From the NCBI RefSeq assembly GCF_000011805.1, contig NC_006840.2: a stretch of DNA of 32,000 bases. One strand, 5' to 3'. Every line of letters begins with the position of its first letter. Position 1 is the first letter of the stretch. This DNA is from Aliivibrio fischeri ES114. GTDB taxonomy: Bacteria; Pseudomonadota; Gammaproteobacteria; Enterobacterales; Vibrionaceae. The translations under genes and the position numbers were made by a program. This document shows positions 10,943-19,554 of the stretch, one piece after another. The notes below the pieces were generated by a model that worked only from the letters and a program-made list of their open reading frames with translations, had not been told where the DNA came from and ran no database searches.

Positions 10943-12127
10943 ATGAGTAAGTCATTAATAAATAAGAAAGTAGCCGTTTTCACAGGAACAAGAGCAGAGT
11001 ATGGTCTGCTTTTTTGGCTTCTAAAAGACATTCAAAATGATCCAGAACTTCAGTTGCAACTGTTGGTATCAGGCATGCATTTATCACCAGAGTTTGGTGA
11101 AACTTATCAGCAAATAGAAGCGGATGGGTTTGTGATTAATGAAAAGATAGAGATCCTTCTTTCATCTGATTCTTCAGTAGGTACAGCCAAAAGTATGGGG
11201 CTTGGTGTATTAGGTTTTGCCGATTCGCTTGCACGCTTACAGCCGGATGTATTAGTTATTTTAGGTGATCGCTTTGAGGCGTTAGCCGCAGCACAAACAG
11301 CAATGATTATGCGTATACCTATTGTCCATTTACACGGCGGAGAGATCACAGAAGGCGCTTATGATGATGCTATTCGTCATGCAATAACTAAACTGAGTTA
11401 CTTGCACGGAACATCAACAGAAGAATATCGCCAACGTGTGATACAGCTAGGTGAAGATCCAAATCGAGTTCAAAATGTTGGGGCAATAGGGTTAGATCAC
11501 TTAAAACGAGCAACATTTATGACGGTACCTGAGTTATCAGAATCATTGGGTTTTACTCTTGATAAGCCTTTCTTTTTAGTGACCTATCATCCAGTAACCT
11601 TAGGTAATGAAGTACCAGAGGAGAGTTTCCAAGCTTTGTTAAATGCGTTAGATGAATACCCTGATCATCAAGTAATTCTAACATACCCAAATGCTGATGA
11701 CGGTGGGCGACGTATCATTCCAATTCTTGAAGAATATGCTCGTAATAATTCAGCGCGAGTATTAGCAATCCCTTCTTTAGGTCAGGTTCGTTATCTTAGC
11801 TCTGTTATGCATGCGACTGCAGTTATTGGAAATTCATCAAGTGGAATTATTGAAGTGCCAGCCTTTGATGTTCCAACGGTTAATATTGGTTCAAGACAAA
11901 AAGGGCGCTTAGCCGCGAAGAGTGTACTTAATGTTGAACCTAATCAACAATCGATCTCAAACGGCATACAAACGGCTATATTGCGAACTTATAAGTTGAT
12001 TGATGAGAAGGTTCATAATCCATATGGTCAAGGAGATACTAGCGGCCAAGTGATTGAAATGATTAAATCATTACAATTCACACCAAGTAAAGCGTTTTAC
12101 GATATAACTTTTAACTATGTAGAGTGA
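10943..12127 (+). CDS. legG: Hydrolysing NDP-sugar 2-epimerase (NeuC/LegG)
   Basis: KVAVFTGTRAEYGLL.., LGDRFE and HLHGGE motifs match NeuC-type hydrolysing UDP-GlcNAc 2-epimerases. Confidence 0.88.
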   Translation: MSKSLINKKVAVFTGTRAEYGLLFWLLKDIQNDPELQLQLLVSGMHLSPEFGETYQQIEADGFVINEKIEILLSSDSSVGTAKSMGLGVLGFADSLARLQPDVLVILGDRFEALAAAQTAMIMRIPIVHLHGGEITEGAYDDAIRHAITKLSYLHGTSTEEYRQRVIQLGEDPNRVQNVGAIGLDHLKRATFMTVPELSESLGFTLDKPFFLVTYHPVTLGNEVPEESFQALLNALDEYPDHQVILTYPNADDGGRRIIPILEEYARNNSARVLAIPSLGQVRYLSSVMHATAVIGNSSSGIIEVPAFDVPTVNIGSRQKGRLAAKSVLNVEPNQQSISNGIQTAILRTYKLIDEKVHNPYGQGDTSGQVIEMIKSLQFTPSKAFYDITFNYVE

Positions 12128-12134
12128 GATAGTC

Positions 12135-13208
12135 ATGACCTTAATTATTGCAGAAGCTGGCGTTAACCATAATGGTGATGAACACCTTGCCTTTCAACTC
12201 GTTGATGCGGCTTATCACGCAGGCGCAGACATTGTTAAATTTCAAACTTTTAAAGCCAAAAATTTAGTAACGGAAGATGCGGCTCAAGCGGAATATCAAG
12301 TTACTAATACTCAAAAGCAGGAATCACAATTAGCGATGTTAAGCCGATTAGAGCTTTCTTATGAGGTTCACCACCAGTTAGTTAAGCATTGTGAATCATT
12401 AGGGATTGAGTTTCTATCTACAGCTTTTGATTCTGAAAGCTTAGATTTTTTAGTGAATGATTTAGGATTAACGCGCTTAAAAATTCCATCAGGCGAAATC
12501 ACCAATGCGCCATTAGTGTTAGAGCATGCTCGTACAGGGTGTGACTTAATTGTTTCTACAGGTATGGCTACTTTGTCAGAAATTGAAGCGGTATTAGGTG
12601 TTATCGCTTTTGGCTATGTAGCAGATAAAACAGCAGAGCCAAGTGAGTTAGCTTTTCAGCAAGCTTATGCTTCAGAGCAAGGTCAAAAGGCACTAAAACA
12701 GAAAGTAACGATATTACATTGCACAACGGAATATCCAGCGCCAATGCCTGAGATTAATCTTAAAGCAATGGATACCTTGGGGCGTGCATTTGAGCTACCT
12801 GCAGGGTATTCAGATCATAGTGAGGGAATAACGATCCCAATTGCTGCTGTTGCTCGTGGTGCGGTGTTAGTTGAAAAACATTTTACATTAGATAAAAACA
12901 TGGAAGGCCCTGACCATAAAGCATCTTTAGAGCCTCAAGAATTAATGGCTATGATCACTGCAATACGTCAAGTTGAAGTTGCTTTAGGTGTTGGGGTGAA
13001 AAGTCCAACTGTATCAGAAGTAAAAAACAAAGCCGTTGCACGTAAAAGTTTAGTCGTGGCGAAGGCTATTCAACAAGGTGAAATTATTACAGAAGATAAC
13101 CTTACAATTAAGCGCCCAGGGTCAGGTATGTCTCCATACCATTACTGGAGCTTATTGAATAAACCTGCTAGCAAAGCATATCAAGCAGGGGATTTGATTT
13201 TTGAATAG
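12135..13208 (+). CDS. legI: Nonulosonic acid synthase (NeuB family; N,N'-diacetyllegionaminate synthase LegI role)
   Basis: IIAEAGVNHNGD, KFQTF and HCTTEYPAP match the NeuB family, and there is a C-terminal SAF/antifreeze-like domain (IKRPGSGMSP). Confidence 0.9.
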   Translation: MTLIIAEAGVNHNGDEHLAFQLVDAAYHAGADIVKFQTFKAKNLVTEDAAQAEYQVTNTQKQESQLAMLSRLELSYEVHHQLVKHCESLGIEFLSTAFDSESLDFLVNDLGLTRLKIPSGEITNAPLVLEHARTGCDLIVSTGMATLSEIEAVLGVIAFGYVADKTAEPSELAFQQAYASEQGQKALKQKVTILHCTTEYPAPMPEINLKAMDTLGRAFELPAGYSDHSEGITIPIAAVARGAVLVEKHFTLDKNMEGPDHKASLEPQELMAMITAIRQVEVALGVGVKSPTVSEVKNKAVARKSLVVAKAIQQGEIITEDNLTIKRPGSGMSPYHYWSLLNKPASKAYQAGDLIFE

Positions 13209-13845
13209 TTCTGAGTCAAAGTCTTTGGTTGTGATTGGTGGAGGGGGGCACGCAAGTGTATTAGTCGATATCCTTCGTTCACAACAGCGTGAAATTCTTG
13301 CTATTGTTAGTCCTGAAAATATTAGTCAGCGACGTATTTTTTCCGGCATAACGCATCTTAAAAATGATGATGATATACTTAGATTTTCACCTGATTCTGT
13401 AAATTTAGTTAATGGTGTAGGGATGCTCCCTAAATCAGGACTAAAGCGTAAATTGAATGAGTATTTCCTTTCTCTTGGATATACATTTGAAACCGTGATT
13501 TCTGATAGTGCTCAAGTATCCTCATTTGCTGAAATAGAGCAAGGCGCTCAGGTTTTTTCAGGGGCTATCATTCAAGCGGGTGTGGTGATTGATGCTCACA
13601 CTATTATTAATAGTGGTGTAATTATTGAGCATGATTGCCATATTGGTGAATATAACCATATCGCACCTAAAGCAACATTATGTGGTCAAGTAACAACTCA
13701 TAGTAATGTTTATGTTGGTGCAAACGCAACGGTAATCCAAAATATTACGCTTGAGCAAGGTTCAATTGTTGGTGCTGGTGCTATAGTGACTAAAAATATA
13801 TCTTCTGAACAAATCTGTTATCCAAGTCGTTCGGTATTGAAATAA
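13201..13845 (+). CDS. legH: Hexapeptide-repeat (LbH) sugar N-acetyltransferase, PglD/NeuD/LegH type
   Basis: N-terminal VVIGGGGHASV Rossmann-like segment plus C-terminal hexapeptide repeats (IGEYNHIAPKATLCGQV..VGANATVIQ..IVGAGAIV). The start is TTG and overlaps the legI stop by 8 nt. Confidence 0.8.
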   Translation: MNSSESKSLVVIGGGGHASVLVDILRSQQREILAIVSPENISQRRIFSGITHLKNDDDILRFSPDSVNLVNGVGMLPKSGLKRKLNEYFLSLGYTFETVISDSAQVSSFAEIEQGAQVFSGAIIQAGVVIDAHTIINSGVIIEHDCHIGEYNHIAPKATLCGQVTTHSNVYVGANATVIQNITLEQGSIVGAGAIVTKNISSEQICYPSRSVLK

Positions 13846-13860
13846 GTAATAAGGTAAGCC

Positions 13861-14919
13861 ATGAGTTATTCTTGGAAAAAAATATTAATAAAGCCAGAGT
13901 CCACCGTTGTTGATGCGCTTAGAGTTATTGATAACGAAGCACTGCGAATTGCGTTAGTCGTTAATGATGAACAGCAACTTTTAGGGGTGGTAACAGACGG
14001 TGATATTCGTAGGGGGCTCTTAAATAACTTACCTTTAGAGACTCCTGTTGTAGACATTATGAGTCGTTCGCCTATTACAGCATCAGTGAATACCGCAAAA
14101 GAACAGCTTGTAAAGTTAATGGAAAGCAAAAGTATTCTTGCTGTTCCGTTAATGGAAGAAAACAAAGTGGTGGGTTTAGAAACACTGCATCATTTGTTCG
14201 AAGAAAAAACCTATCATAATCCTGTATTTATTATGGCTGGTGGTTTTGGTACGCGTTTACGCCCTCTGACAGATACTTGCCCTAAGCCAATGCTTAAAAT
14301 TGGTAATAAGCCAATTTTAGAAACCGTTATTCGCAGCTTTATCAAAGCAGGTTTTGTGAATTTTTACATCTCAACACACTACATGCCAGAACAAATTCAG
14401 AACCATTTTGGTGATGGTTCTGAGTTAGGAGTAAAGATCAGTTATGTTCATGAAGACTCTCCATTAGGCACGGGTGGTGCGCTTGGTTTACTTCCTGACG
14501 ATTTACCGCAAGATTTACCATTAATCATGATGAATGGTGATGTTCTAACTAAGGTTGATTTCGAGCGATTATTAGATTTCCATACTGAAAACCAAGCGGA
14601 TGCAACTATGTGTGTTCGCGAGTACGATTATCAGATCCCTTATGGAGTGATTAATGGTAAAGGCAACAAAATAACCAGTATGGTAGAGAAACCAATCCAA
14701 CGTTTCTTTGTTAATGCAGGTATTTATGTTGTTTCTCCAAGTGTGATTCAATCGGTTCCTAAAAATCATCATATCGATATGCCGACATTGTTAGAGCAGC
14801 ACATGAATGAGCGAGATAATATTCTTATGTTCCCTATTCATGAGTATTGGTTAGATATCGGTCGTATGGATGATTTTAATCGTGCACAAGCGGATATTCA
14901 TACATTGGGGTTGGATTAA
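13861..14919 (+). CDS. ptmE: CBS-pair + sugar-1-phosphate nucleotidyltransferase (PtmE-like)
   Basis: An N-terminal CBS pair (VVTDGDIRRGLL) is followed by the NTP-transferase motif MAGGFGTRLRPLTDTCPKPML. This is the same domain pair and neighbourhood as Campylobacter PtmE in the legionaminic acid locus. Confidence 0.75.
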   Translation: MSYSWKKILIKPESTVVDALRVIDNEALRIALVVNDEQQLLGVVTDGDIRRGLLNNLPLETPVVDIMSRSPITASVNTAKEQLVKLMESKSILAVPLMEENKVVGLETLHHLFEEKTYHNPVFIMAGGFGTRLRPLTDTCPKPMLKIGNKPILETVIRSFIKAGFVNFYISTHYMPEQIQNHFGDGSELGVKISYVHEDSPLGTGGALGLLPDDLPQDLPLIMMNGDVLTKVDFERLLDFHTENQADATMCVREYDYQIPYGVINGKGNKITSMVEKPIQRFFVNAGIYVVSPSVIQSVPKNHHIDMPTLLEQHMNERDNILMFPIHEYWLDIGRMDDFNRAQADIHTLGLD

Positions 14920-14924
14920 TTATT

Positions 14925-15905
14925 ATGCATAATAGCATCATGAATAAAGTTGCCGTTATTGGATTAGGAAATATAGCAACTCGTCATCGTCGTAATTTGA
15001 AGAGCTTATTTCCAAATGTTGAATTATTGGTGATGTCGGCAAGTGGACGCATACCGACAGAAGAAATTAGTGATAGCGATGGTATTGTAACTAGTATTGA
15101 GGCTTTAATTGAAGCCAATGTTGAGTTAGTCATTGTTGCATCACCTGCGCCTTTTCATGCTCAGCATTCAATTCCTCTGATTGAGGCGGGTATTCCTACC
15201 TTAATTGAAAAGCCAGTAACGACTACTCGTGAAGATGCTAATGCAATAAAAAAAGCGCTAAATGAACATGGGACGCCTGTGGCTATCGGTTATTGTTTAC
15301 GTTATCTTCCTTCGGCTCAAAAACTGAAAATATTATTAGATCATAAGGCAATTGGTACTTTATATAATGCGCATATCGAGATAGGGCAATACCTTCCTGA
15401 TTGGCGTCCAAGTAAAAATTATCGAGAGTGTGTTTCTGCAAATGAAAAGCTCGGTGGTGGTGCTTTATTCGAGCTTAGTCATGAACTCGATTATGCTCAA
15501 TGGCTGTTAGGCCCATTAGCTCTTCAACATGCTATTTTACGTTCATCTGATGAATTAGATCTTCAGGTCGAAGATATGGCAGATATTTTAACGTTAACAG
15601 AGTCAGGTGCTGTAGCTAGTATTCATCTTGATTTTCTACAGCGTAAAGCTCATCGTCAGTGTAGCTTTATTGGTAGTGAAGGGCGCATTGATTGGGATCT
15701 TATTCAGAATCAACTAACTCTTACAACAGCAGCAGAAGCAAAGGTTATTTATAGTGAGCCTGAGTGGGACAAAAACCAAATGTATCTGGCAATGGTGACT
15801 GATTTCATTCAAATGATTAAGCAACAACCTCATAATTGTATTGCAGTGACTGACGCTTCATTTACCGTCGATTTGATTAGTCAAATTAAACAGAAAGCTT
15901 ATTAA
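14925..15905 (+). CDS. Gfo/Idh/MocA-family NAD(P) oxidoreductase (PtmF-like position)
   Basis: N-terminal VAVIGLGNIATRH Rossmann motif and an EKP motif (LIEKPVT). It lies between ptmE-like and legF. Confidence 0.7.
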   Translation: MHNSIMNKVAVIGLGNIATRHRRNLKSLFPNVELLVMSASGRIPTEEISDSDGIVTSIEALIEANVELVIVASPAPFHAQHSIPLIEAGIPTLIEKPVTTTREDANAIKKALNEHGTPVAIGYCLRYLPSAQKLKILLDHKAIGTLYNAHIEIGQYLPDWRPSKNYRECVSANEKLGGGALFELSHELDYAQWLLGPLALQHAILRSSDELDLQVEDMADILTLTESGAVASIHLDFLQRKAHRQCSFIGSEGRIDWDLIQNQLTLTTAAEAKVIYSEPEWDKNQMYLAMVTDFIQMIKQQPHNCIAVTDASFTVDLISQIKQKAY

Positions 15906-15920
15906 TAGTAGAGACATTAA

Positions 15921-16610
15921 ATGAAAAACTTTGCATTCATTTTTGCTCGTGGAGGCTCTAAAGGTCTACCAGGGAAAAATATTAAGCCGTTAGCAGGAAA
16001 GCCGTTATTACAATACTCTGTCGATACGGCTATTGCCTCTCCATCAATTGATAAGGTATTTGTCTCAACGGATGATAGCGATATAGCAAAGGTAGCGGTT
16101 GAATCTGGCGCTATTTTAATTGAAAGACCTGCTGAACTAGCTACAGATATAAGTCCTGAGTGGTTGTCTTGGCGGCACGCCATTGAATGGGCTGAAGAAT
16201 ATCACGGCCAATTTGATGGCTTTGTGAGTTTGCCTGCGACAAGCCCTTTACGTGGTGTTGAAGATGTAGAAGCTGCAATAGAAAAACGCAGCAAAGTAGG
16301 CGCTGATATTTGTATTTCAATAACTCCAGCGAGTCGTAGCCCTTTCTTTAATATGGTAAAAGAGACTCAAGATGGTTTGGTTGAGTTAGTAAACAAACCT
16401 GAGTCAAATGTCACTCGTCGCCAAGATGCTCCTGAAGTATTTGATATCACAACGGTTGTATATGTAACAACTCCTGATTTCGTATTAAATAATTATGGAT
16501 TGTTCACAGGGAAAGTCACAAGTATTGAAGTCCCGAAAGTACGAGCAGTAGACATTGACGATATTTATGATTTTAGAATGGCTGAAGCTATTTTACAGGA
16601 TGCAAAATAA
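15921..16610 (+). CDS. legF: CMP-nonulosonic acid synthetase (acylneuraminate cytidylyltransferase family; LegF/PtmB/NeuA)
   Basis: FIFARGGSKGLPGKNIKPLAGKPLL is the N-terminal signature of the CMP-NeuAc synthetase family. The ~229-aa size fits. Confidence 0.88.
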   Translation: MKNFAFIFARGGSKGLPGKNIKPLAGKPLLQYSVDTAIASPSIDKVFVSTDDSDIAKVAVESGAILIERPAELATDISPEWLSWRHAIEWAEEYHGQFDGFVSLPATSPLRGVEDVEAAIEKRSKVGADICISITPASRSPFFNMVKETQDGLVELVNKPESNVTRRQDAPEVFDITTVVYVTTPDFVLNNYGLFTGKVTSIEVPKVRAVDIDDIYDFRMAEAILQDAK

Positions 16611-17380
16611 TGGAAAAACAATTAGAAAATAAAACCATTTTAATCGCTGGCGCAGGTGGTTTATTAGGAACACGTTTGGTGCCAGCAGTCCTTGCTCAAG
16701 GTGGGAAGGTTATTGCTGCAGATATTAATATAGAGGCAATGACAGAACGTTTAGCGTCCCTGGGTGTTGATATTGAAAATAAAAACCTAACACTAACCAC
16801 ATTAGATGTGACAAATGAAGAGAGTGTTAGCCAGTTATTTAGCAATTATACAAGTATTGATGGGGCAGTAAACTCAACTTATCCACGTAATAAAACCTAC
16901 GGTTCACACTTCTTTGATGTTTCATTAGAGAGCTTTAATGAAAATCTATCATTGCATTTAGGTAGTGCATTTTTATTTACTCAGCAATGTGCGAGTTATT
17001 TTAAAAAGCATGAAACGGCTCTTTCTTTAGTTAATATTTCATCTATCTATGGCGTAGTTGCTCCTAAATTTGAGATTTATGACAAAACTCCAATGACAAT
17101 GCCTGTTGAATATGCAGCAATTAAATCGGCTATTCAACATTTAAATAAGTATACGGTTGCTTACGTGAATGATAGCCGTTTTCGAATTAATTGTGTGAGT
17201 CCAGGTGGGATTTTTGATCATCAACCTGAAGCATTTCTAGAGGCGTATAAGACAAAAACACATGGAGCAGGCATGCTTGATGTTAAGGAGGTTGTCGGAT
17301 CTGTTTTATTTTTATTATCAGAGCAATCACGTTATGTTACTGGGCAGAATATTATTGTTGATGATGGATTTAGTTTGTAA
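16610..17380 (+). CDS. ptmA: Short-chain dehydrogenase/reductase (PtmA-like)
   Basis: Cofactor motif IAGAGGLLG and catalytic Y-x3-K (YAAIKSA). The start overlaps the legF stop (TAATG). Its position after the CMP-synthetase matches the Campylobacter ptmB-ptmA order. Confidence 0.7.
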   Translation: MEKQLENKTILIAGAGGLLGTRLVPAVLAQGGKVIAADINIEAMTERLASLGVDIENKNLTLTTLDVTNEESVSQLFSNYTSIDGAVNSTYPRNKTYGSHFFDVSLESFNENLSLHLGSAFLFTQQCASYFKKHETALSLVNISSIYGVVAPKFEIYDKTPMTMPVEYAAIKSAIQHLNKYTVAYVNDSRFRINCVSPGGIFDHQPEAFLEAYKTKTHGAGMLDVKEVVGSVLFLLSEQSRYVTGQNIIVDDGFSL

Positions 17381-17388
17381 GGCATACA

Positions 17389-18558
17389 ATGAAAATTGCG
17401 TTAGTAATGGTTCATGGACGTGTTCATGGGCATGTAGGTGGTGCGCCTAGAGTTTTCTTTGATATGGCAAATCACTTGTCTTTTGAAGGACATGAAGTTT
17501 TGGCTGTTTATAATGATAGTAAGGAAGGCAGCCCATATTATGAAGTAACTAATAAGGTTAATCTTAAAAATTTAGCGCTACCAATTAAATTTAAAGGTCT
17601 TTGGTTATATAAGGCTTTCCGTGAAGTAATAAGAAGTTTTGCAAAGCTATTTAATACTGATTTACGCTTGAATCCTGTAACAAAAAAAAATCAGAAAAGA
17701 GTTGGTTTAGCACTGAAATCTTTAATTGATGATTTTAAACCTGATGTCACTATCTCATATAATGTTTCGGATCTTGTATCTTTGTCTTATATTGAATGGA
17801 AAGCTAGAAATTCAATTGTAATGTGTCATACAGATCCTAAAAGAGTGTATAAAGGGCTAGCTAATTATGAACGATCTATATGGCAAGGTGCTGATTTTAT
17901 ACAGGTATTACTAGCAAGTTATAAAGATTATCTTTCGAAAGTTATTAATACTAATATTGAAGTTATTGGCAATGTAGTTATTGAGCACGATGAAGTTAAT
18001 GACTTATCAGCTTTTCGTATTATTTATTTAGCTAGAATTGAAAAAAATAAACAACAGCATTTGCTTATTGAAGCTATTAATAAAATTCCCTTAAATGTAA
18101 GATTAGGTTGGCAGGTTGTTCTTTATGGTAGCTGTAATGATACTGAATATAGTGAATTTTTGATAAATAAAATAAATAGCTATAATTTAAGTGATGTTAT
18201 TAAGTTAAAGGGTCCGACAGGTAAGCCATTTGAAGAACTTCTTAATTCGTCTATATGTGCTTTCCCATCCGCTTTTGAGGGCTTTCCTTTAGCGTTAACT
18301 GAAGCTATGTCTCTAGGTCTTCCATGTATTGGTTTTCAGTCATGTAGTGGTGTAAATGAATTACTTATCAATAATTATAACGGTTTTTTGGTAAAAGGTG
18401 TTGAGGAGTTTGCACTTCAGTTAGAAGTATTAATGAAATCAAAGGAACGTAGGTCTTTAATGGGTTCAAAAGCAAGAGATAGTATTGAATGTTATTCAAA
18501 AGAATCTATTTATAAAAAATGGAAAGCGTTAATTGAAAATAAAAATGTCATTGTTTAG
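17389..18558 (+). CDS. Glycosyltransferase family 4 (group 1), low-GC and probably serotype-specific
   Basis: The C-terminal region PSAFEGFPLALTEAMSLGLPCIGFQSCSGVNELLINNYNGFLV is a GT4 E-x7-E region. GC is about 30-33% on hand-counted lines. Confidence 0.8.
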   Translation: MKIALVMVHGRVHGHVGGAPRVFFDMANHLSFEGHEVLAVYNDSKEGSPYYEVTNKVNLKNLALPIKFKGLWLYKAFREVIRSFAKLFNTDLRLNPVTKKNQKRVGLALKSLIDDFKPDVTISYNVSDLVSLSYIEWKARNSIVMCHTDPKRVYKGLANYERSIWQGADFIQVLLASYKDYLSKVINTNIEVIGNVVIEHDEVNDLSAFRIIYLARIEKNKQQHLLIEAINKIPLNVRLGWQVVLYGSCNDTEYSEFLINKINSYNLSDVIKLKGPTGKPFEELLNSSICAFPSAFEGFPLALTEAMSLGLPCIGFQSCSGVNELLINNYNGFLVKGVEEFALQLEVLMKSKERRSLMGSKARDSIECYSKESIYKKWKALIENKNVIV

Positions 18559-18571
18559 CAATGACATTTTT
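18541..18571. terminator. Bidirectional hairpin terminator between convergent genes
   Basis: Perfect 13-bp inverted repeat: AAAAATGTCATTG (18541-18553), loop TTTAG, then CAATGACATTTTT (18559-18571), with an A-run and T-run on the two sides. It overlaps the stop of the GT4 gene and ends 3 nt before the stop of the minus-strand gene. The stem is AT-rich and therefore weak. Confidence 0.5.
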
Positions 18572-18573
18572 AG

Positions 18574-19551
18574 TTATTTGATTTTATCAAAATATTCATT
18601 TAAATAAAGTTGAATTCTTTTATCTCTTTCTCCTTTCGAAATGGATTGTTGATCAACTAATTTAATTTTTGAATTTGGATATATTTTTGATAATGTATAA
18701 AGAGCGGTAGATGACAATCCTGTAATAGTTAATGGTGTAATGTTATTTTCAACTAATTCAACTTCAATTGGATAATTTGGTTGATGGAATATTACACCAT
18801 TTATTTTTTTTATGGATTCAGTTACATGAGTCGCTTCTGTTCGATGAGGAATGTAAATTAGGTATGATTTTGATTCAGATAATACACTTTTAATTAATGT
18901 AATATATTCTTTTAATGAAATTCTATTTTTTTCATCCACGCTTCCTTGACCGATAAACACATCATATTCAAATTGTGATGTATTATTTAATCGGTTAATA
19001 CGCTTTTTTAATACGTTCAATTTATTTTCAGTATAAGTAATTACACAATTTTTAAATTCAAAAATAGAAAATATTTCTGTATTATCAAAAAAATCAAGTT
19101 TACTAATAGGGGTTATTCCTTGAAGTCGAAGTTGAATATCTTGAAGGAACCGAGGTCGGTAAAATGAAGCTTTAGGTTCAATATAATCATAGTAATCAAA
19201 ATAAGTCATGGTACCATCATCAAAGAACACATGTTTTTGAAAATCTAAATTTTTAATTATTAACTTAGAACGCCATGCGTTATATTCACTATAAAATAAA
19301 GTATCTAATTTATTAGATGAAATTTGTTTTATTTTCTTTATTATTTTTGGGGTTATAAACGTTCTGTTTGAACGAGGGAAAGTAAAAATATAATCCCAGT
19401 CTTCGTTTTTTATTAATGAAGACATTTGTTTCTTACCTATATGACTATTTTGTTCAATTAATATTAGAATATTATTCTTAGACTTGTAGTGGAATTTTGC
19501 TTCGATTGCACAGATATATTGAAATGGAGAAGTAACTAGAAATACATTCAT
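18574..19551 (-). CDS. Bacterial sialyltransferase-like GT-B enzyme (GT52/GT38-type); candidate legionaminic acid transferase
   Basis: My recall of Neisseria Lst (GT52) and E. coli NeuS (GT38) shows shared blocks. These are the N-terminal VFLVTSPFQYICAIEA (compare IISNLGQL/CYTILQ), FFDDGT (the D/E-D/E-G motif), YIPHRTE (compare KPHPKE/APHPRQ) and ITGLSSTALYTL (compare LIGLTSSSLVY). GC is about 28%. Confidence 0.55.
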   Translation of the reverse strand: MNVFLVTSPFQYICAIEAKFHYKSKNNILILIEQNSHIGKKQMSSLIKNEDWDYIFTFPRSNRTFITPKIIKKIKQISSNKLDTLFYSEYNAWRSKLIIKNLDFQKHVFFDDGTMTYFDYYDYIEPKASFYRPRFLQDIQLRLQGITPISKLDFFDNTEIFSIFEFKNCVITYTENKLNVLKKRINRLNNTSQFEYDVFIGQGSVDEKNRISLKEYITLIKSVLSESKSYLIYIPHRTEATHVTESIKKINGVIFHQPNYPIEVELVENNITPLTITGLSSTALYTLSKIYPNSKIKLVDQQSISKGERDKRIQLYLNEYFDKIK

Positions 19552-19554
19552 ATG

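Noticed and set aside
8549-17380. Neu5Ac (sialic acid) or pseudaminic acid as the operon product.
   Set aside because: Neu5Ac synthesis needs only NeuC/NeuB/NeuA and not the dehydratase, aminotransferase and acetyltransferase seen here. Pseudaminic acid routes use PseG-type hydrolase and GNAT PseH, not a NeuC-type epimerase and an LbH acetyltransferase. A legionaminic-type product fits better, though the C-8 epimer or N-acyl variant remains unresolved.
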